64,000 nucleotides of DNA from Octopus vulgaris (lineage: Eukaryota), in contig OX597839.1 of the NCBI GenBank assembly GCA_951406725.2, forward strand, positions 25,420,001-25,484,000, given 5' to 3'. Position numbers and translations under genes: made by a program. A model generated the notes under the pieces. The model saw only the letters and a list, made by a program, of their open reading frames with translations, did no database searches and was not told the DNA's origin. Each line of letters begins with the position of its first letter. The stretch's first letter is position 1. Positions 37,544-49,240 of this stretch are shown piece by piece.

Positions 37544-38437
37544 GTATTGTTTTATATATTATACTTTTGTTTTTATTTCAAGCAAGCCACCACGTTTAAC
37601 TTATGTAAGAGTTTTAAGAAAGTTACGTGAGTAAATCCTTCGCTATTTTCTGTCTCTCTGGGAATTTTGACCCCTAAATAATAAGTTTTGTGTTTATGTA
37701 TACCATTCACATGTGTAAATACTAAAGAGGATTAGGAAAGACAAGCGAGGAAAGGAAAGGAATATTAATTACTTTGTACAATAAGAGAAGTATTTTTTTA
37801 TCATAGGGTAAGCCATGTGCTTTTTCTGACCTAAGTTGTGTTTTCGTTCATTTTTGGAAAGATAAACAAAATTGGCAAACTTCCGCGGGAAGAATAAAGA
37901 TAGTAAATATACAAGCATGTATCTGACTCATACATTGTTCGCTTTCCAGACATTTGTACATTACTGCATATACTTTATACGCACTTTCTGACAAGTTGCG
38001 GTGCACCTGAGCACTGTATACAATAATTTCGTTATTATTATTATTTATGAAGAGTGTGTTTCGTTTAAAGGAGTTTAGAAGAAATAGAATTCTTGTCGAG
38101 GAATGCTCTTAGTTTTCAAATATAACGTTTTGTTGGAAGATATTGCTATTTATTATTAGAATAATTTTTTTCGGCGGAGGTGAAGAATACGTACACCACC
38201 GGTTTTCGGCCTAACAAAAACCCTAACCAACGAACGTACGTAATCTTTACCTTCGACATTTTTTCTACAATCTGCTCAAGGCCAAAATTTTGAGGGAAGA
38301 GAAGTCTATTACATCGACCTCAATGTTCAACTGGTGTATTTATTTTATCGACCTCAAAAGGAGGAAAGACAAAGTCGACTCCGACGGCATTTGTGGGCTA
38401 ATGCAGTTTAGTACCTCTCCTTGAAAAATGCATTTTT

Positions 38438-38900
38438 GGATCTTTTCCTTTTGAACGGCACTTTGTAACATAATTTCTAGGTAACTAAAAAGTTTTTAAC
38501 TTCGTATACTGGTAGAATGTGTTTATAAAACATCATTTTCTCTTGGCTTTATTGAGAAAATTCTATAGTTTGTAAGATATTTCGGCAATTTTAACCAATC
38601 AATTACCTCCATTGACGTAAATAACATTCTGTGCATAATGAATATGTTCTTCCTTTAAGAAACAGATTGGGTTTATTTACATTTGTGAAGAAAAAAATAT
38701 ACCCTTCCCCAACCCCTAACCCTAACCCTTGCCGAAATGCAAGAAATTTCAGACGAAATATCTTACAGACTATAGAATTTTCTCAATAAAGCCCAGAGAA
38801 AATGATGTTTTATAAACACATTCTACCAGTATACGAAGTTTAAAACTTTTTAGTTACCTAGAAGTTATGTTACAAAGTGCCGTTCAAAAGGAAAAGATCC
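38438..38900. mobile_element. MITE with long TIRs and 8-bp TSD (Merlin-like)
   Basis: ~145-bp TIRs starting GGATCTTTTCCTTTTGAACGGC; TSD GCATTTTT at 38430-38437 and 38901-38908; internal CCCTAA repeats. Confidence 0.8.
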
Positions 38901-39302
38901 GCATTTTTTTGGATTCCTACGTTTTAGATGTTCGAGATTACAAATTTGCAGTTTGCTATTATTTCTTTAAAAGGCAAACACAAATACATATATAACATAT
39001 AGACGCACAATGGACTTCTTTTGGTTTCTGTATAACTAGACCGTTCTCAAGGTTCTGGTCAGCCTGGGGCTATAGTAGAAGACACTGAAAATACCACACA
39101 GTGAGACTGAACCCCAAACCATGTGGCTGGGAAGCTAACTTCTTACCACATAGCCACCCCTGCACCTGTTTCTGAAAACTGCAGAGCACTGAACTAGATT
39201 CTTTCTTAAGAAGTAATTCAAATTGTAACACTTGGAGATAAAAACTTAAACCTTTAGTATTCAGATTTCTCTACCAAATGTAATTCTTAATTATTCTACT
39301 CA

Positions 39303-39708
39303 TTTACTTGTTTCAGTCATTTGACTGCAGCCATACTGGAGCACCGCCTTTTTTTAGTCGAGCAAATCGACCCCGGGACTTATTCTTTGTAAGCCCAGTA
39401 CTTATTCTATCGGTCTCTTTTACCGAACCGCTAAGTAACGGGGATGTAAACACACCAGCATCGGTTGTCAAGCAATGCTAGGGGGGCAAACACAGACACA
39501 CAAACACACACACACGCATATATATATATATATATACATATATACGACAGGTTTCTTTCAGTTTCCGTCTACCAAATCCACTCACAAGGCATTGGTTGGC
39601 CCGGGGCTATAGCAGAAGACACTTGCCCAAGATGTCACGCAGTGGGACTGAACCTGGAATCATGTGGTTGGTAAGCAAGCTACTTACCACACAGCCATTC
39701 CTGCGCCT
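39303..39708 (-). mobile_element. Family-1 SINE
   Basis: Reverse-complement match; inverted relative to the 40258 copy. Confidence 0.88.
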
Positions 39709-40257
39709 ATTCTCATTATTTTGAATTAATCTGTGCATTATCTCACAGCTTTGAGATTTCAATGATGTGACTTTATTTTTAGAATGACATTGTAGGGTAG
39801 GTGTGAGAGGTAGGACCTGATCAATTTGAACATAACACAGGTAGAATATTTGGGCTCGATATGGCCTGTTCAACCCTTTAGCATTGAGATTATCCTGCCA
39901 AATCTAATCCTTATTTAATCCCAGTGTTTTCAATTAATCGGTGGATTATCTCACAGCTTTGAGATTTCAATGACGGGTTGTTTATTTTTAGAATGACATT
40001 GTAGGGTAGGTGTGATAAGCCAGGTCTGGCTTGTTTGAACATGAAACAGAATATTTGTTGCAGATATGGCCATTTTTAAATGCTAAAAGGTTAATGTTTA
40101 GAATGCTACTGAAATATGTTCAATCTTCAGGCAGGCTTATAATAGTTCTAACCTCTTCTGGTATTGCTACACTTCTTTTTCAGTCACGGCTGAAGATTCC
40201 ATCAGAGCTACATCAACCTGTGACACCCTGAACTGATTTAAGAATCAGCAACAATAT

Positions 40258-40670
40258 AGGCGCAGGAGTGGCTGTGTGGTAAGTAGCTTGCTAACCAACC
40301 ACATGGTTCCAGGTTCAGTCCCACTGCGTGACATCTTGGGCAAGTGTCTTCTGCTATAGCCCTGGGCTGACCAATGCCTTGTGAGTGGATTTGGTAGACG
40401 GAAACTGAAAGAAGCCTGTCGTATATATATGTATATATATATATGTATGTGTGTGTGTGTCTGTGTTTGTCCCCCTAGCATTGCTTGACAACCGATGCTG
40501 GTGTGTTTACGTTCCTGTCACTTAGCGGTTCGGCAAAAGAGACCGATAGAATAAGCAATGGGCTTACAAAGAATAAGTCCCAGGGTCGATTTGCTCGACT
40601 AAAGGCGGTGCTCCAGCATGGCCGCAGTCAAATGACTGAAACAAGTAAAAGAATAAAAGAGTAAAGAGTA
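40258..40670 (+). mobile_element. tRNA-derived SINE, family 1 (most abundant), full length
   Basis: A box TGGCTGTGTGG, B box GGTTCAGTCCC, internal (TA/TG)n, tail GAAACAAGTAAAAGAG; >15 copies in the window. Confidence 0.9.
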
Positions 40671-41062
40671 ATTATTTGGGATGAAGCTTTAATAATAATA
40701 ATATCATCATCATCATCATTTAACATTAATTTTCCATGCTGGTATGGGTCGGATAGTTTGATAGGTTTTGGTTAGCTGCAGGGCTGTGCACAACTTCAAT
40801 GTCAGCCTTGGTAAGCTTTCTATGGCTGGATGCCCTTCCTAATGCCAACACCCTCACAGTGTGTACTGGATGCATTTTAAAGTGGAACTAGCTCTCGTGA
40901 AGTTGCAAGTAACTTCCAAGACAAAAAAAAATCCCCCACAGAAACCGGAAGTGGCTCATTTTCCTCAAGACGATAAAATGATGATGATGATATCTGAAGA
41001 ATATCATCTCCAAATTCCAAATGACCGATTTCGTTAACATATTTGTTAATTTATTTTCACAG

Positions 41063-41241
41063 CACCTTTGATATGGAGGAAGATAACAGCTGAGAAATTA
41101 GACTGCGATTATCTGTTGTTGTACAATAAGTCTGAGGCTGATAAACTGCTTCGAGAATGTGAAGAGACTTTAACCTACAACTCAGGTCGTTTAGCTCAGG
41201 TCCAAGTATTTGGCAAATGGCATGACATCCCACGGAAACAG
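41063..41241 (+). CDS. ALKBH2: ALKBH2 coding exon 2
   Basis: ttcacag acceptor, WRKITAEKLDCDY...LAQVQVFGKWHDIPRKQ, gtaaga donor, 179 bp. Confidence 0.95.
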
Positions 41242-41451
41242 GTAAGAATGCAATTTCGTGTGTTCATATTGACTTATTTTTCTCCAGAAGATCACTGACA
41301 AGCAACCCCCATGAGTTGGGGCAGATAAGGTCTTTGGGGGTAGACAAGGGTTTTCAGCTCAGCCAAGAGAAGGTAACACCATAGAAATCCTGCATCTTGA
41401 TAACCACTGAACACACATGGTACTTGTTTCACCAGCTCAATATAAGTTATA

Positions 41452-42048
41452 TTGAACTCAGAACGTAACGGCAGATGAAATACCGCTAAGCATTTCGCCC
41501 GTCATGTTAACGTCTCTGCCAGCTCGCCTCAAGGCTTTGGTCACCGTGGGGCTGACGCTTGCCTAAGGTGTCATTCAGTGGGACTGAACTCAAAAATCAC
41601 ATGGTTGGGAAACAAATGCTTTAACCACACAGCCATGCCTTCACTTGATAATAAAGAAGGAAGAATGAGAGAGAGAAGTGAAGTTTATTTGATAACCATA
41701 TCCCTGAAGGTCATATTGATCCTGACAGCCGGAAGTCTCTTGCGTTGGGGCAGTGAATGGTACCAATACACATTGGTCGAATAGTTCATCATTAGAAGAC
41801 TTCCATGCTGCAGCTCTATCTTGATGGGGTCAAGGTCCAGTTTTGGGGCCCCTTTCTTGCTCTGGCTGTCACAAGCACATTCATGACGGAACACAAAATC
41901 ACGAGCTTGGCCAAGGGACAGCGATGCAATGGGGCTCAGCTTCACGAGATCCTTTTTGTCGTCTCTGTGTTCTCCCATGTGGTCATTCCCATCCTTGTAT
42001 CTAAAGATTAATAAAAGGGATTGGAGGAAAAGGACACAGTGAACAGGC
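41452..42048 (-). pseudogene. Inverted duplicate of ALKBH2 exon 4 with acceptor and 3' flank, inside intron 2
   Basis: Reverse complement of 45170-45765; exon copy 41685-42000 is open, with 10 substitutions in 316 bp. Confidence 0.93.
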
Positions 42049-43234
42049 CCTCAGAAATTCCTAGTTGGTGCCCAGCATGCAGGAAGAACAACGGGAATGA
42101 GGCAGCGCTTAGCTTTTGTTGAACCATGTCTGTAGAATCTGCTTTGAGCCCAGGATGTTTCTGTTCTGATAATTGATTGTGACTTGGCCAGCAGACCTTC
42201 TGCAATGGTCAGTAATTGATGGCAAGATGAGCTGCTACGGATTCACTATCCCATGTGTCTGTGGAGTACTCAACCACTTGCATGTTAATTTCACGAGGAG
42301 GTTGTTTTGTTGATAGGATCAACATGAGCTTTTGTTATCATGACTGAAGGAGTGACAGTTGTGTGTGTGTGTCTTTTGTCCTGACATCATGAAATAGTTG
42401 TGAGAGTCGCTGACTCAGACAAGCAGTGTCCATCATTTCCAATCTTCCCTGTAAACATGTCCAGCCATGGCACCAGACATGTTTACACAAGTAGTACTTT
42501 GCTGCAGGCGTAGATTGGCTTCAGGAAAGACATCCAGACATAGAAAATCTGCCTCAAGGAATTCCGTCTGACACCCAGCAAACATAGAAAAGTGGACTTA
42601 TGTTGCATGTGTGGTTGTGTGGTAAAAAGTTTGCTTCCCAACCACATGGTTCCAGGTTCAGTCCCACTGTGTGGCACTTTGGGCAAGTGTCTTCTATTAT
42701 AGCCACGGGCTGACCAAAGCCTTGTGAGTGGATTTGGTAGACAGAAACTGAAAGAAACGGTGCGAAATTGGAATGATCTTTTTGATTGGAAAATCAGACA
42801 GGAACCTGGGGCAGCTCTTTGGCTTATCAGTTCCACTCAAACCCATGCCAGCATGGAAAGTGGACGTTAAATGATGATGATGATGATCATCATCATCATT
42901 TAGCATCCACTTTCCATGCTGGCATGGGTTGGACGGTTCAACTGGGGTCTGGGAAGCCAGAAGGCTGCACTAGGCCCAGTCTGATCTGGCAATGTTTCTA
43001 CGGCTGGATGCCCTTCCTAACGCCAACCACTCCGTGAGTGTAGTGGGTGCTTTTTACGTGCAACCAGCACAGGTGCCAGAAAGAGCTGGCAAACGGCCAC
43101 AAACGGATGGTGCTTTTACGTGTCACCGGCACGGGGGCCAGGCGAGGCTGATGTTGATGATATATTTGTGTGTGGAAGAATTCACTGTATTATATGGTAG
43201 ACTAATGTCTCTATTTTTCCTTTTCCACCAACAG

Positions 43235-43377
43235 GTTGCCCATGGCAACGAAGGCTTACATTATACATTTTCCGGAAACACAGTACCAGCCCGTCCTTGG
43301 ACTCCGCTCCTCCTGAAGATAAAAGAACGAATTATGCAGGTCACCGGTCATTCCTTCAATTTTGTCCTTATCAACAG
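43235..43377 (+). CDS. ALKBH2: ALKBH2 coding exon 3
   Basis: caacag acceptor, VAHGNEGLHYTFSGNTVPARPWTP...VTGHSFNFVLIN(R), gtaact donor, 143 bp. Confidence 0.95.
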
Positions 43378-43749
43378 GTAACTGCCATTGATTTTTATCA
43401 TTCCCTATCATCAGCAGTGTTGGTCACTAATGGATTAGACATATTCTTTTCTACTCTAGGCACAAGGCCTGAAATTTTGGGGGAGGGGCCTGTCAATTAG
43501 ATCGACCCCTGTACACAACTGGTACTTAATTTATTGACCCTGAAAGGATGAAAGGCTAAGTCAACCTTGGTGGAATTTGAACTCAGAACATAAAGACAGG
43601 TGAAATACTGCTAAGCATTTTACCTGGCGTACTACCATTTCTGCCAGCTTGCTGCCTTTGTTGGCTTTTAGTATTTCAGTTACTGGTCTGTGGGTTGTTG
43701 TTTAACCCCGAGTCAGCCCTGATCAGTCAGATCATCTTCATCGTCATTT

Positions 43750-44630
43750 AACCCTTTATCATTTCAGATTACTGTAATGCTTATATCTGATTACATTGTT
43801 TTGGATTAATCATGGATTATCTCATAGCTTTTGGATTTCAATGATGTGATTGTTTATTGTTAAAATGACATTGTAGGGTATGTGTGAGAGTTCAAATCCA
43901 GTCACCATAAAGCTGGTAGAATATTTATTATGTGTATATATTACTGATGTGTGTATATCATTAACATTGAATCCTTTAGCAATCGGATTACTGTCGAATG
44001 TGATTCTTATTTTTTCACATTGCTTTGACTTAATCATGGATTTTCTCATAGCTTTGAGATTTCAATGATGTGATTGTTTACTTTTGCAATGACATTGTAG
44101 GGTGTGTGTGACAGGCCAGATCCAGCCAGCATAAAGCAGGGGGGATATTTAATAAACCGATGTATATATATCATTAACATTAACCCCTTAGCATCCAAAT
44201 TACTCTGTCTAATGTAATACTTACTTATTCACATTGTTTTGGATTAATTCTTTGCATTATCTCATAGCTTTGAGATTTCAGTGATTATTTATTTTGAGAA
44301 TGACATTGTAGGGTAGGTGTGAGAGGCTGGATCTGGGTGGTTTGAACCTAAAACAAGGAGAATATTTGGGCTGGAAAAGGGCCAATTCAACCCTTTAGCA
44401 TTCGGGTCACTCTCTCAAAATAAAAAATTCTCTTATTCAGATTGTTTTGAATTACCCATGCTTTATCTCAGAGCTTCCAGATTTCAATGGTGGGATTGGT
44501 TATTTTATAAAATTACATTGTAGGATTGGTGTGAGAGGCCAGATCCAGCCACCATAAAGCTGCTAGAATATTCTGGTTATTCTCTCAAATGTAAGGCTTA
44601 TTTAGTCACATTGTTTTGCATTAATCATAC
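43750..44630. repeat. Tandem array of ~4-5 diverged family-B MITE units in ALKBH2 intron 3
   Basis: Repeated AACCCTTTAGCA...TCTCATAGCTTTGAGATTTCAATGA...GACATTGTAGGGTAGGTGTGAGAGG units at ~215-bp spacing. Confidence 0.7.
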
Positions 44631-45217
44631 ATTCATCATCATCGTCCGCTTTCCATGCTAGCATGGGTTGGACGGTTCAACTGGGGTCTGGGAAGCCAGG
44701 AGGCTGCACCAGGCCCAGTCAGATCTGGCAGAGTTTCTACAGCTGGATGCCCTTCCTAACGCCAACCACTCCATGAGTGTAGTGGTTGCTTTTTACGTGC
44801 CACCGACACAGGTGCCAGACGAGGCTGGCATGGCCACGATCGGATGGTGTTTGTTACGTGCCACCAGCACGGAGGCCAGTCGGTGCGGTACTGGCTACGG
44901 TCACGTTCGGATGGTTTTCTTATGTGCCACCGGCACTGGTACCACAAAGATACAAATTCCATTGATGTGGATCGATTTTGATCTGATTCTTTGATTTTGA
45001 TTATCTCGTAATTTTGAGATTTTGGTGATGGGATTGTTTAATTTTAGAATGGCATTGTTGGGTAGGTGTGAGAGGCCAGATCCGATCAGTTTGAATACAC
45101 AGCATGGGTTGGATATGGGTGGATTAACTGCTAAAGGGTTAATCTGTCTAGGCATTGTGATTTTACTGTGCCTGTTCACTGTGTCCTTTTCCTCCAATCC
45201 CTTTTATTAATCTTCAG

Positions 45218-45533
45218 ATACAAGGATGGGAATGACCACATGGGAGAACACAGAGACGACGAGAAGGATCTGGTGAGGCTGAGCCCCATAGCATCGCTGT
45301 CCCTTGGCCAAGCTCGTGATTTTGTGTTCCGTCATGAATGTGCTCGTGGCAGCCAGAGCAAGAAAGGGGCACCAAAACTGGACCTTGACCCCATCAAGAT
45401 AGAGCTGCAACATGGAAGTCTTCTAATGATGAACTATCCGACCAATGTGTATTGGTACCATTCACTGCCCCAACGCAAGAGACTTCCGGCTGTCAGGATC
45501 AATATGACCTTCAGGGATATGGTTATCAAATAA
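45218..45533 (+). CDS. ALKBH2: ALKBH2 coding exon 4 (terminal, catalytic)
   Basis: cttcag acceptor, YKDGNDHMGEHRDDE...WYHSLPQRK...RINMTFR; Fe(II)/2OG HxD...H...R motif; TAA stop; spliced CDS 738 bp / 245 aa. Confidence 0.96.
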
Positions 45534-45687
45534 ACTTCACTTCTCTCTCTCATTCTTCCTTTTTTATTATCAAGTGCAGGCATGGCTGTGTGGTTAAAAC
45601 ATTTGTTTCCCAACCATGTGATTTTGAGTTCAGTCCCACTGAATGACACCTTAGGCAAGTGTCAGCCCCATGCTGACCAAAGCCTTG

Positions 45688-46090
45688 AGGCGAGCTGGCA
45701 GAAACGTTAGCATGCCGGGCGAAATGCTTAGCGGTATTTCATCTGCCGTTACGTTCTGAGTTCAAACTCCGCCAAGGTCGACTTTGCCTTTCATCCTTTT
45801 GGGGTTGATAAATTAAGTACCAGTTACGCACTGGGGTCGATGTAATCGACTTAATCTCCTTGTCTGTCCTCTCTGTGTTTGGCCCCTTGTGGGTAGTAAA
45901 GAAATAGGTATTTCATCTGCCATTACGTTCCGAGTTCAAACTCCGCCAAGGTCGACTTTGCCTTTCATCCTTTCGGGGTTGATAAATTAAGTACCAGTTA
46001 TGCACTGGGGTCGATGCAATCGACTTAATCTCTTTGTCTGTCCTTGTTTGTCCCCTGTATGTTTAGCCCCTTGTGGGCAAGAAAGAACTA
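45688..46090 (+). repeat. Family-2 SINE dimer downstream of the ALKBH2 stop
   Basis: Two units joined at GAAATAGGTATTTC (45901-45914). Confidence 0.85.
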
Positions 46091-46169
46091 AGAAACTGAA
46101 AGCACATATGTACGTACGTACATAGATACAGGAACAGTAAATAGCAACCAAATACCTGATGCACAAATG

Positions 46170-46765
46170 GTATGTGATAACCAATGCAGACTTTGTAGAG
46201 TTAACGCCAAAGATATTGCCTACATCATAAGTCAGTTGTCCAAAGATGTCATCATGGTATTATCTACTGTTGAGACATTATGTTGTAGCTGAGAGACTGT
46301 GAAAGGAGATCCATCAGAAGGATAATCCCAAGGCTAAAGAGATAAGAACCCACAGTATGTTAGAGGCCAAAACCCCTTTTAATGTAAAAGAGTGCCGGTG
46401 GAATGCCCCAATGAAAACCTCAAAATGTAAACATAATAGACCAGACATAGTGTTTTGGGCCAGAGAAGAAAAACTGTGCACCGTTGTGGAAATCAGCTGC
46501 CCAGTGGATGTTAACATAAAGATGAAGAAAATACCTATGCTGAACTATAGAGAAATCTGCAGGTACTCTATCCAGATTACGAGTTCAGGTTTATACCTGT
46601 AATTATTGGGGCTTTGGGACATGTCATACACTGCCTAAGTATCAAATCTTGAGAAATTAAGCTTCTGAAACCAGAAAGGAGAAAGTTAATTCGAAGACTA
46701 CAGATCCAATCCATCAGTGGAACTGTAAAAATCTGTGAAATTTTCCAAAAGTTTATCATTTAAAT
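46170..46765 (+). mobile_element. R2/R4/Dong-type non-LTR retrotransposon 3' relic (restriction-like endonuclease)
   Basis: CRLC zinc-knuckle remnant followed by KCKHNRPDIVFW...CTVVEISCP (PD..E RLE motif) and IPVIIGALG; frameshifted. Confidence 0.7.
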
Positions 46766-47348
46766 ATATATGGACATGTTTAAACATGCAAATATATGCA
46801 TGAGAATACATATATAGAACAAGTGCATAAATTTGTGTATATACATGACAACCGATGCTGGTACGTTTACATCCCCGTAACTTAGAGGCTCGGCAAAGAG
46901 ACCGATAAAATAAGTACTGGGCTTACAAAGAATAAGCCCTGGGGTCGATTTGCTCGACTAAAGGCGGTGCTCCAGCATGGCCGCAGTCAAATGACTGAAA
47001 CAAGTAAAAGAGTAGAGTATGCGTGCTGGAGATATCAGAAGAGCGTCATATGTACAGCCATATATTATACAGAGAATTGTAGAAGCTATGAAGAAGAGAT
47101 ATCATTGGATATCTCTGTTGGTGAATGAAGAGGCAATCAGTCTGCAACTACATTAAAACATAACAGAAACTGTCCGACCCAGGCTAGGATGGAAGGTGGA
47201 CGGTAAATGATGAGGATGAGGAATCAAATGTATGTGCTGTGTATTAGCTCATTCCCTCCATCAAATCGATGTCGCCTGAACAGATGCACAATGTACCTCA
47301 TATCAGGGGTGGAGGTGACTGCAGAGCAATACGAGATGAAGCGTTTAA

Positions 47349-47569
47349 CCCTTTAGCATTTAAACTGGCCATATCCGGCCAGAAGTATTCTGCCTGTTTT
47401 ATGTTCAAACTGGCCAGATCTGGTCTCTCACACCAACCCTAAAATATCGTTTTAAAAATTAACAGCTACCTCATCAAAATCTCACAGCTACAAGATAATG
47501 CCTGATTAGTTCAAAACAATGTGGATAAAAAAGGATTAATTTTGGCAGAATAATGCGAACACTAAAGGG
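47349..47569. mobile_element. piggyBac-type TTAA MITE, family B
   Basis: TTAA TSD and CCCTTTAG TIRs; near-identical inverted copies at 57863-58083 and 58771-58981. Confidence 0.8.
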
Positions 47570-48008
47570 TTAAATGTATACAAACAAATAATTACTTATT
47601 TGTATTTTACAGTAACATATACATTTGTGTATACATATATATATATATATATATACACATGTACATGCATATATACACATATATATCCACACACACACAT
47701 GCGCTAAAATACACATACATCTACACATACATACATACATATAAATCTATGTACACTCATACAACTATATATAACTGTTTGTGAAAATAGACATGTATGT
47801 ATGTGTGTATAAATGGATAAACGTATATGTGTATACTGTAAGATTATACATATACATGTGTGTGTATACATGTTTATATGATTGTATGTGCTTGTACATA
47901 TGTATAGATAGGTTTATATTTGCATATATGTATCTAAGACATTGTATCTATCCACTGTTAAACGGTGGTGAGAGGAACATATATATATATATATATATAC
48001 ACATATAT

Positions 48009-48044
<36 letters not shown>

Positions 48045-48077
48045 GTGAGAAAGTTGGTGTGTGAAAGCACGTGGTTG

Positions 48078-48383
48078 AATATATAGAAAATAGTAAAAAG
48101 TGAAAAAACTAAAAGGTTAAAAAATATATATTTGAGTCATTATGTCAGAAGAATGTTATAAATTTTTTTCATACAGTGACATAGTTTTTGAAGAAATTAC
48201 CGAAGGAAGTCATAACACAATGGTTTGAGAAATTTGAAAAGTTAACACGAAACTGGTAATTTCTTCAAAAACTATGTCACTGTATGAAAGAAATTTATAA
48301 CATTCTTCTGACATAATGACTCAAATATATATTTTTTAACCTTTTAAAACAAGCCTTCTGTAGTTTTTTCACTTTTTACTATT

Positions 48384-48392
<9 letters not shown>
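48078..48392. repeat. Fold-back palindrome
   Basis: Arms ~48110-48201 / 48254-48346 nearly perfect; embedded in (TA)n. Confidence 0.8.
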
Positions 48393-48432
<40 letters not shown>

Positions 48433-48862
48433 CATGTATATATATATATATACATATACATGTATATATATATACATATATACATATACATGTATATATA
48501 TATACATGTATATATATATACATATATATATATATACAACTTTCGATGGAGCAACAGTTATCAACCTGAACAGACACATATCAATACTTAAACATATGTT
48601 TACATGTACATACACATATACACACATGTCTACACACACATACATAAATGTTCATATACATACATACATACATGCATGCACATATATACATATACATACA
48701 TGCATAAACTCATACATATCAAAACTAACTGTTACCTTCTCAGACGTAGCATGATATTTTAACACAAATGAAATTTAAATATTGAAGTGAAACTAACTTT
48801 GTGTGTTCTTGAATGACTTCATGACTTGCAAACATCTTCCATGCTGCAAATGTTATATACAT

Positions 48863-49240
48863 AGGCGCAGGAGTGGCTGTGTGGTAAGTAGCTTGCTTAC
48901 CAACCACATAGTTCTGGGTTCAGTCCCACTGCGTGGCATCTTGGGCAAGTGTCTTCTGCTATAGCCCCGGGCCGACCAATGCCTTGTGAGTGGATTTGGT
49001 AGACGGAAACTGAAAGAAGCCCATCGTATATATGTATATGTATGTGTGTGTGTATATATTTGTGTGTCTGTGTTTGTCCCCCTAGCATTGCTTGACAACC
49101 GATGCTGGTGTGTTTGCGTCCCTGTCACTTAGCGGTTCGGCAAAAGAGACCGATAGAATAAGTCCCGGGGTCGATTTGCTCAACTAAAGGTGGTGCTCCA
49201 GCATGGCTGCAGTCAAATGACTGAAACGAGTAAAAGAGTA
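48863..49240 (+). mobile_element. Family-1 SINE
   Basis: Match to the family-1 consensus. Confidence 0.88.

Noticed and set aside
38705-38730. CCCTAA repeats as a telomere or fusion scar
   Set aside because: Only ~3 units, internal to a TIR-bounded MITE
40258-40335. tRNA-like A/B boxes here and at other SINE heads
   Set aside because: They continue into SINE bodies and do not form a full cloverleaf; not tRNA genes
42048-45170. Invertible switch between the two ALKBH2 exon-4 copies
   Set aside because: Recombination between the arms would flip exon 3 and break the gene rather than swap alternative last exons; no recombinase evidence
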